Origin: Candidatus Bipolaricaulia bacterium
GTDB taxonomy: Bacteria > Bipolaricaulota > Bipolaricaulia > RBG-16-55-9 > DRXL01
NCBI GenBank assembly: GCA_046293845.1
Contig: JBKBIX010000001.1
Coordinates: forward strand, 1 to 61,359
Direction of reading: 5' to 3'
Length of the DNA: 61,359 nt
Shown here: in pieces, positions 50,688 to 61,359 of the stretch
How positions within the stretch are numbered: position 1 is the first letter of the stretch
How the letters are laid out: each line of letters starts with the position of its first letter
Made by a program: the position numbers and the translations under genes
The notes under the pieces: model-generated
What the model was told of the DNA's origin: nothing
Seen by the model: the letters and a program-made list of their open reading frames with translations, nothing else
Database searches by the model: none

Positions 50688-52904
50688 ATGAGCTTAGCGA
50701 AAATGCAGAAGGTCCGGCTCATCGGCCACGAGACCGAGCGCGATCGTGTGCTGACGACCCTGCAAGAGCTGGGCGTGCTGCAGATCTCTGATCTTACGAA
50801 TAAGAACGAGCAGTCATGGCACGGCTTCCGCCCCAAGACCCCCACAGCCAACGATATCGAGGCCAAGCTCGCCGACTTGCGCTATACGTTAGAGTTTCTC
50901 GCGCGCTACGACACCGAAAAGAAGGGGTTTATCCAGAGCTTCTTCAACCTCAAAGACCTGATTCGCCCAGAGGAGATCGCCGAGCTTGCCCGCACATATG
51001 ACTATCGTGCTGTCTGCCAGCAAGCACGACAGCTCGATCAAGAGAGCCTTGAGCTGCGCTCAGAGCGCGCCCAGCTTGAAACACGGCGCGCTGAGCTGCT
51101 GCCGTGGCGCGATCTCCCTATCCCTCTGGAGCAGCTGCGCTCCACGCGGACGACGGCTCTCGTGCTGGGGCGCCTCCCCACCGAGAGCCTGAGCGAGCTT
51201 CAGCACGCGATCCAAAGCCAGCTCCCCGACCTCGCGCTGCTCCAGGTAGCCAGCGCAGACGAGACCTCCAGCTATCTGTACGCTTTTGTTCTCAAAGACT
51301 CAGAAGAAGCGCTGGTGAAGATGCTCGCTGATCATGGGGGGGAGCGCCTGCCTGAGCTCCCTAAAGATGCGCGTGGGCTTCCCAAAGAGATTTTAGATCA
51401 GATCGAGCGTCGCTTGGGCGAGATCGACGCGCGCCAGCAGCAGATCGCGCAAAAAGCGACGGCGCTTCTCAGCGAAAAGCCCAAGCTCCAAGCGCTCTAT
51501 GATTATCTGTATAACGAATATCTCAAGGCTCAAGCCCAAGCGCGGCTGCTAGGGAGTTCCCAGACGTTCGTGCTGGAAGGCTGGGTGAGAGCGAGCGATC
51601 TTGAACGCTTAGCCCAAGCCCTACAGAACAACAGCGAAGCCGTCTATCTGGAGCGCATCGACCCTGATCCTGGAGAAGTCCCCCCGGTCGCTTTAGAAAA
51701 CAGAAGGCTCTTCCAGCCCGCAGAGTTTCTCATTAAGCTCTTTGGGCTCCCCAATCAGAAGGAGCTCGACCCGACGCCGTTTGTGCTCCCGTTCTTTGCG
51801 ATCTTCTTTGGGATCGCGCTGACGGACGCGGGCTATGGGCTTGCCCTCATTCTGATCTTCGCGTATCTGAAGCGGCGCTATCGCCACAAGCGGGGCTTCC
51901 AGCCCTTTGCCAATCTCATTATCTTGGGAGGCGTCTCCGCGGTGATCGCTGGGGCGCTCACCGGGGGCTGGTTCGGCTCGGACTTGAAGGAGATCATCAC
52001 CGTGCTGCGAGATCGCGTGATGCTCTTCAACGTGGGGACGCAGCAGGGGCTGATCGCATTCCTGTTGTTCTCGCTGGGGCTGGGATTCCTACACGTGCTG
52101 CTGGGGAATCTACTAGAAATCTACGATAAGATGCGCACAGGTCGGGTATGGGAGGCCCTGTGGAGCGATGGCTCATGGGTGCTCTTCATTACTGGGATAG
52201 GGATTGCTGCGGGTGCCGGCGTGCCCGCAATCATGCCCAAGGAGCTGAACGCGCCCGGCCTCCCCAGCGCTTGGATGCCCGTAGGAGCGACGTTAGCCCT
52301 CTTGGGGGCGTTGTTGGTGGCCTGCTTTGGGCGCGTGGAGAACCCTCACGATCTCTCAGAGCAAGCGCCGTGGTTGGTGCTGGCCCTTGGGCTTTTCTTA
52401 TGGCTGCAGAAGCCGCTTGCTGGAGTCCCCCTCGGGGAGATCGTTGCTGCCCTAGGAGGGATCGGCATCTTAGCTCTGAGTCAGCGGGGGATGAGCTTAG
52501 GAGCCAAGGTGCGCGCTGCGCTCGGTCGGATCGGCGCGGGGCTCTTTAAGCTCTATGGGGTCTCTGGGCTATTAGGAGACGTTCTGTCGTACTCGCGTAT
52601 TATGGCTCTAGGAATCTCTACAGGGCTCATCGCTGATGCCGTGAATAAGCTGGCCAAGATGCTCCTAGGCATCCCCGCCGTGGGTATCGTGATCTTCATC
52701 GCCTTTGTTGTTTTTGGGCAAATCTTCAGCCTATTGATTAATACGCTCTCGGCGTTTGTGCACAGTGCGCGGTTGCACTATGTCGAGTTCTTCACGAAGT
52801 TCTACGAGGCAGGCGGCGCGACGTTCCAGCCGTTTGCGCGGGAGTCGGTCTATTACGAAATCCAAAAGAGCGAGGAGCTCTCACCATCACACAAAGGAGG
52901 CTAA
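50688..52904 (+). CDS. atpI: V/A-type ATPase subunit I (a)
   Basis: 738 aa with a soluble N-terminal half and a polytopic C-terminal half containing the conserved segment SYSRIMALG (essential Arg context). Confidence 0.9.
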   Translation: MSLAKMQKVRLIGHETERDRVLTTLQELGVLQISDLTNKNEQSWHGFRPKTPTANDIEAKLADLRYTLEFLARYDTEKKGFIQSFFNLKDLIRPEEIAELARTYDYRAVCQQARQLDQESLELRSERAQLETRRAELLPWRDLPIPLEQLRSTRTTALVLGRLPTESLSELQHAIQSQLPDLALLQVASADETSSYLYAFVLKDSEEALVKMLADHGGERLPELPKDARGLPKEILDQIERRLGEIDARQQQIAQKATALLSEKPKLQALYDYLYNEYLKAQAQARLLGSSQTFVLEGWVRASDLERLAQALQNNSEAVYLERIDPDPGEVPPVALENRRLFQPAEFLIKLFGLPNQKELDPTPFVLPFFAIFFGIALTDAGYGLALILIFAYLKRRYRHKRGFQPFANLIILGGVSAVIAGALTGGWFGSDLKEIITVLRDRVMLFNVGTQQGLIAFLLFSLGLGFLHVLLGNLLEIYDKMRTGRVWEALWSDGSWVLFITGIGIAAGAGVPAIMPKELNAPGLPSAWMPVGATLALLGALLVACFGRVENPHDLSEQAPWLVLALGLFLWLQKPLAGVPLGEIVAALGGIGILALSQRGMSLGAKVRAALGRIGAGLFKLYGVSGLLGDVLSYSRIMALGISTGLIADAVNKLAKMLLGIPAVGIVIFIAFVVFGQIFSLLINTLSAFVHSARLHYVEFFTKFYEAGGATFQPFARESVYYEIQKSEELSPSHKGG

Positions 52905-53402
<498 letters not shown>

Positions 53403-53403
53403 C

Positions 53404-54009
53404 ATGAGCGCAGAGAAGATCATCGAAAAAATTCTCAGTGATGCGCGTGCCGAGGCGCAGCGCGTGCTAGAGGGCGCACACTCTCAAGCTGCTCAGATCC
53501 GTGAGCAGGCCCAGCGTGAAGCCCAACAGCAGCGCGAGAGCATCTTAGCTCAAGCCCGGCAAGAAGCGCAGAGTCGGCGTCGGGCACAGCTTGCCGCGGC
53601 AACAGCCGCAGCGCGCAACGCCGTGCTTTCTGCCAAGCGCGCTCTCTTAGAGAGAGCTTTCCAGCAAGCAGCAGAAAGAATCGCAGCTATGCCCGTCAGT
53701 GACTATAAGAATTGGCTGCTACGGCTCATCGTGCAAGCTGCCGAGACTGGGGAAGAAGAAGTGATCCTCTCCCCAGCAGATAGACAGACCCTGGGGGAGG
53801 GTTTTATCAGGGAAGCGAACGCCCAGCTGGCCAGGCACGGCAAGAAGGGCGCTCTCAAGCTCTCTGCGGAGACGCGCGACATCGGGCGCGGGTTTGTGCT
53901 CAAGAGCACAAACAGCGAGACCAATGTGACGGTAGCAACGCTGCTGCGCCGCGCCCACGATGAACTCGAAATCGAAGTAGCCCAGATGCTCTTTGGGGGA
54001 GGAACTTAA
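53404..54009 (+). CDS. atpE: V/A-type ATPase subunit E
   Basis: 201 aa with a long N-terminal helix and a globular C-terminus; operon position fits. Confidence 0.8.
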   Translation: MSAEKIIEKILSDARAEAQRVLEGAHSQAAQIREQAQREAQQQRESILAQARQEAQSRRRAQLAAATAAARNAVLSAKRALLERAFQQAAERIAAMPVSDYKNWLLRLIVQAAETGEEEVILSPADRQTLGEGFIREANAQLARHGKKGALKLSAETRDIGRGFVLKSTNSETNVTVATLLRRAHDELEIEVAQMLFGGGT

Positions 54010-54039
54010 CCCCCTAGGGAAGAGGGAAAGGAATAAGTC

Positions 54040-55062
54040 GTGGCTGTTGAGTTATTGGAGATGCGATTTGAGCAAGAAGGGGCATATGCATTCGCGACGG
54101 GGCGCATTCGCGCCCTCGAGGCAAAACTCTTGAATCGTGCACACTATCAGCGCCTGCTCGACGCCCCTGATGCTATAGAAGCCTGGCGGGCATTAGCCGA
54201 GCTGGGCTATTCAGCAGCCGCCGAAAGAAAGCTCGAAGAATACGAAGACGTCTTAACAGACGAGCTGCGCGAGGTGTATACACTCTTGACAGCTCTGTCG
54301 CCCGCTCCGGAGCGCACGGCGTGGCTTCAGCGCCGATATGATTTCCATCACGTGAAAGTTTATCTCAAAGCGAAGCTTTTAGGGGAAGACCCAACAGAGG
54401 GCGTGCTGGACGGCGTAGGGACTGTCCCGCCAAAACTCATAGAAGCTTCGGTCAACACTGGTGTGTGGAGCGTGCTGCCCCTTGAGCTGGCCGATGCAGG
54501 CCAGCGCGCCCTGCGCGCCTACGAGAGCACGCGCCAAGCCCAGCTCATAGATATAGTTGTCGATCAAGGGCTTTTCGGATATTTGCAGGGCGCCACGGCG
54601 GGGCACCCCTTCGCCGAGACGTTAGTCGCTATCTGGGCGGATTTGCTCAATCTCAAGTCATTGGTGCGCGCTAAGCTCATGGGCAAAGATCGGGCGTTTG
54701 TCAGCCGGGTGCTCGTGCCGGGAGGGTCGCTCGAAGATGCCCGACTCCTCGCGCTGATGGATGCGGGTGTGGAGGCGTGGGCCGATGAGCTCCGCCATAC
54801 CCCATATGCTCAGGTGCTCAGTCGAGGCCTGGCTGCTTTAGGAGAGAAGAGATCTCTGGCGCTCTTCGAGAGATTGAGCGATGACTTCGTGATGGAATTT
54901 CTCAGGCGGGCCAAGCTCGCGCTCTACGGCGCCGAGCCGTTAAGCGCCTATGTGCTCGCCAAGGAGACCGAGCTGAAAAATATAAGAATTATTATAGTAG
55001 GCAAGCTCAACGGCGTCGCGAAAGAGACCATCGAGGAGCATCTGAGGGAGCCGTATGTCTAA
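54040..55062 (+). CDS. atpC: V/A-type ATPase subunit C (d)
   Basis: 340 aa, helical, with the motif KNIRIIIVGK near the C-terminus; operon position fits. Confidence 0.8.
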   Translation: MAVELLEMRFEQEGAYAFATGRIRALEAKLLNRAHYQRLLDAPDAIEAWRALAELGYSAAAERKLEEYEDVLTDELREVYTLLTALSPAPERTAWLQRRYDFHHVKVYLKAKLLGEDPTEGVLDGVGTVPPKLIEASVNTGVWSVLPLELADAGQRALRAYESTRQAQLIDIVVDQGLFGYLQGATAGHPFAETLVAIWADLLNLKSLVRAKLMGKDRAFVSRVLVPGGSLEDARLLALMDAGVEAWADELRHTPYAQVLSRGLAALGEKRSLALFERLSDDFVMEFLRRAKLALYGAEPLSAYVLAKETELKNIRIIIVGKLNGVAKETIEEHLREPYV

Positions 55063-55378
55063 GGTCGCGATTGTGGGCAAGAAGGACGTTTACTTGGGCT
55101 TCAAAGCCCTGGGGGTGACGGTGCGCGATGCGCGCACGCCACAGGCAGCAGAAGCAGCCGTGCTCGACTTGGTCTCCCAGGGGTTTTCGATTATATTTCT
55201 CTCGGAGAGCTTAGCACAGGAGCTGGGCGCATTGCTCGACAGGTTCAGCAGGCAATCTACGCCAGCGATCGTGATGATCCCTGATAATATGGGGAGCCTA
55301 GGGATCGCTCGTGAGCGCATCCGAAAACTCGTAGAGCGGGCTGTTGGGATTGATATCCTCTCACGTGGAGAACGATAA
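55055..55378 (+). CDS. atpF: V/A-type ATPase subunit F
   Basis: 107 aa beginning KVAIVGKKDVYLGFKALGV, typical of subunit F. Confidence 0.85.
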   Translation: MSKVAIVGKKDVYLGFKALGVTVRDARTPQAAEAAVLDLVSQGFSIIFLSESLAQELGALLDRFSRQSTPAIVMIPDNMGSLGIARERIRKLVERAVGIDILSRGER

Positions 55379-55396
55379 ATTTACGGAGGGCTGTCT

Positions 55397-58793
<3,397 letters not shown>

Positions 58794-58813
<20 letters not shown>

Positions 58814-60209
58814 CATTGCGGAGATCTCCGGCCCCATTATGATCGTCGAAGGGGTGAGTGGGGCCAAGTACGAAGAGCTCGTGGAGATCGAGCTGGCTGG
58901 GGGAGAGATCCGTCGCGGGCGCGTCCTCGAAGTAGATCGAGACAAAGCCGTCATTCAGCTCTTCGAGGCTGCGCAGGGGTTGAATCTGCGGCAGAGCCGC
59001 GTGCGCTTCTTAGGGAAGGTGATGGAGCTGGGCGTCTCGGAAGACTTATTGGGCAGGGTCTTCGACGGCGCGGGCCGCCCCATTGACGGCGGGCCGCAGA
59101 TCATCCCAGAGAAAAAACTGCCCATCTCCGGCGAACCGCTCAACCCCTACTCGCGCGACTACCCCAACGAATTTATTCAGACGGGGATCTCTGTCATTGA
59201 TGGCTTGAATACGTTGGTGCGCGGCCAGAAGCTCCCGATCTTTTCGGGAGCGGGGCTGCCGCATAATCAAATAGCAGCCCAGATTGCCCGCCAAGCCAAA
59301 GTCTTGGGCACGGAAGAGGAGTTCGCTGTGGTCTTTGGCGCGATGGGCATCACGTTTGAAGAAGCGAATTTCTTTATTACAGATTTGCGCAAGACCGGGG
59401 CGCTGGAGCGCGCCGTGATGTTCATAAACTTAGCCGACGACCCCGTGATCGAGCGCATCACGACGCCGAGATTAGTGCTGACGTGCGCCGAGTACCTAGC
59501 GTTTGAACGCGACTTGCATGTGCTCGTAATCCTGACAGATATGACAAATTACGCCGAGGCGTTGCGCGAGGTCTCGGCAGCACGAAAAGAAGTCCCTGGC
59601 CGGCGCGGCTACCCTGGGTATATGTACACCGACTTAAGTACTATTTACGAGCGCGCGGGGCGCATCAAGGGCAAGAAGGGGTCTATTACCCAGATGCCCA
59701 TCTTGACCATGCCCCAAGACGACAAGACCCATCCCATCCCAGACTTGACGGGCTATATCACTGAGGGGCAGCTCTTTTTGTCACGAGAGCTGCACCGCAA
59801 GGGCATCTACCCGCCGTTCGATGTGCTGCCGTGTCTGTCGCGTCTGAAAGACAAGGGGATTGGGCCGGGCAAGACCCGCGAAGACCACGCGGGCGTGCTC
59901 AATCAGTTATATGCAGCGTATGCGCGCGGGGTGGACGTGCGCGAGATGGCCGCGATCTTAGGCGAAGCCGCACTGAGCAAGATCGATAGAGTCTATATGA
60001 AATTCGCGGACGAGTTTGAGCGCCGATTTATCCAACAGGGCGAGTACGAAGATCGCACTATTATTGAGACGCTCACGATTGGCTGGGAGTTACTCAGTAT
60101 GTTGCCGCGCGGGGAGCTCAAGCGCGTGCGCGACGAGTTTATCGAGAAATATTTGCCGACCCTCACCCCTCAGTCCCCTCTCCCCTCTGAGGGAGAGGGG
60201 CAGGGGTGA
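58794..60209 (+). CDS. atpB: V/A-type ATPase subunit B
   Basis: 471 aa beginning [17 protein letters not shown], with conserved B-subunit core motifs. The last ~16 codons and the stop lie inside a REP-like element. Confidence 0.92.
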
Positions 60210-60258
60210 GGGGGTGCTGGGGGAGTCTCCCCTTCCCTTCAGGGAAGGGGCCAGGGGG
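60160..60258. repeat. REP-like element (full copy) plus an adjacent related hairpin
   Basis: 60160-60212 reads CCCTCACCCCTCAGTCCCCTCTCCCCTCTGAGGGAGAGGGGCAGGGGTGAGGG. A second hairpin, CCCCTTCCCTTCAGGGAAGGGG, lies at 60229-60250. Confidence 0.75.
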
Positions 60259-60284
60259 TTAGGTCAGAAAGCGAGTGAGCGCCT

Positions 60285-60917
60285 ATGGCGGTCGCGCAAC
60301 GAGTTAACGCAACTCGGATGGAGCTGCTCAAGCAGAAGAAGCGCTTGGCGATGGCCAGGCGCGGGCACAAGTTATTGAAGCAGAAGCGCGACGAGCTGAT
60401 GCACCGATTCTTACAGTTGGTCGAGGAGACGCGGGGCCTGCGCGAGCGCGTCGAAGAAAAATTAGCCCAGGGCTTTCGCAGCTTCTTGCTTGCCCGCGCG
60501 GAGATGTCCAAAGAAGTGATGGAAGAATCTCTCATGACCGGCGCGAGCAGCAACGGGGCGTTGAAGATGGAGATGGAGTCAGTGATGAGCGTGTGGGTGC
60601 CGCGCTTTGCGCTCAGCGACACACGCGATATCTATTCGTATGGCTTTATCGCGACGTCAGCAGAGTTGGACACGGCGCTGACGCTCTTCAAAGAAGCGCT
60701 CCCAGAGATGATCAAGCTTGCGGAGATCGAGAAGTCTTTGGAGCTTTTAGCTGAGGAGATCGAGACGACGCGGCGGCGCGTGAACGCGCTGGAGAGGGTG
60801 CTGATCCCTCAATTAGAAGAGAACATTCGTCGAATCTCGATGGCGCTGGACGAGATGGAGCGCAGCACGAGAGCCTCGCTGATGAGAATTAAAGAGATTA
60901 TCCGCGGGGAAGCTTAA
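60285..60917 (+). CDS. atpD: V/A-type ATPase subunit D
   Basis: 210 aa with the motifs RVNATRMELLKQKKRL and TRRRVNALE, typical of the central-stalk D subunit. Confidence 0.88.
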   Translation: MAVAQRVNATRMELLKQKKRLAMARRGHKLLKQKRDELMHRFLQLVEETRGLRERVEEKLAQGFRSFLLARAEMSKEVMEESLMTGASSNGALKMEMESVMSVWVPRFALSDTRDIYSYGFIATSAELDTALTLFKEALPEMIKLAEIEKSLELLAEEIETTRRRVNALERVLIPQLEENIRRISMALDEMERSTRASLMRIKEIIRGEA

Positions 60918-60945
60918 ACTCTGATTGCTGACAGCTGATCGTTGC

Positions 60946-61359
60946 TTACTTTCTGAACCCCGGCGGCCAGGGGTAGTCCGCAGGGCAGAGGTCGCCCTTG
61001 AGATTCCCGCTCAACTCGTTATTCCCTCCGAAAACCCTAATGAAGGCACTCTCTTTGCCAAGGGCAAGCTCTGGATGAAGAAAAGACGTTGAGCACTCCT
61101 TCTTGAGGATCATAACCCCGTACTCTTTGTTTTGAGTGATCTTGTTCCCACCCATCCAGAGCCAGCTACCTGCTGCATCTTCAGAAGTGGCACTGAGTAT
61201 AACCCCCACACCATTCTCAGAGATATCATTGTCATCGAGAGCGCCCATATACCGAGGGCCATATTCAGATGAGCGTAGATCAATCCCCCAGAAGCGGTTC
61301 TTGCGCACCGTGCTTTGGGCTAGGTACAAGCTATCACCCATGAAACCACTCTCATTTTC
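60946..61359 (-). CDS. Right-handed beta-helix repeat (NosD/pectate-lyase-like) protein, C-terminal part; 5' end outside the window
   Basis: Repetitive GN.I..N-type segments (ISENGVGVIL, GGNKITQNKEYGVMIL, GGNNELSGN). The frame remains open past the ATG at 61341 to the window edge. Confidence 0.45.
   Translation of the reverse strand, partial: ENESGFMGDSLYLAQSTVRKNRFWGIDLRSSEYGPRYMGALDDNDISENGVGVILSATSEDAAGSWLWMGGNKITQNKEYGVMILKKECSTSFLHPELALGKESAFIRVFGGNNELSGNLKGDLCPADYPWPPGFRK

Overview
Bacterial chromosomal segment, moderately GC-rich and mostly housekeeping, with about 60 CDS in tightly packed operons whose start and stop codons often overlap.

Main gene content:
- lon, coaD, cobO and a FecCD/BtuCDF-type ABC importer
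- asnS, hup, and rpsF-ssb-rpsR
- eno, dnaE, and pyrBI
- archease plus a 2H phosphoesterase
- prkA-yeaH-spoVR
- apbE with NusG_II and Gx-transporter genes
- ftsL and a PBP, gdh, and frr
- A complete Thermus-order V/A-type ATPase operon (G/H-I-K-E-C-F-A-B-D)

The most unusual content is three separate LAGLIDADG-type selfish elements:
1. A 700-nt group I intron with its own homing-endonuclease ORF splits the 23S rRNA gene. It sits at the conserved CCUAAGGU|AGCGAAAUUCC junction, about E. coli U1931.
2. A 398-aa intein sits in SpoVR, at the conserved NEGWA|SYW motif.
3. A 543-aa intein sits in the P-loop (GSGK|T) of the V-ATPase A subunit.

Other notable points:
- The 23S-5S operon has no 16S gene and no tRNA. 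It has a perfect TTGACA-17-TATAAT promoter and a long processing stem.
- A CopG/PIN toxin-antitoxin cassette with a frameshifted toxin abuts the 5S gene. It is bracketed by an exact 19-bp direct repeat, 800 bp apart.
- A REP-like palindromic element family (CCCCTCTCCC..GGGAGAGGGG..GGGGTGAGGG) occurs at four intra-operonic sites. At two of them it supplies the C-terminal codons of an ORF.
- The proteolipid K subunit keeps all residues of the Enterococcus NtpK Na+ site.

Limits: everything was read by eye. RNA ends, promoters and some start codons are approximate, and no database search or folding computation was possible.
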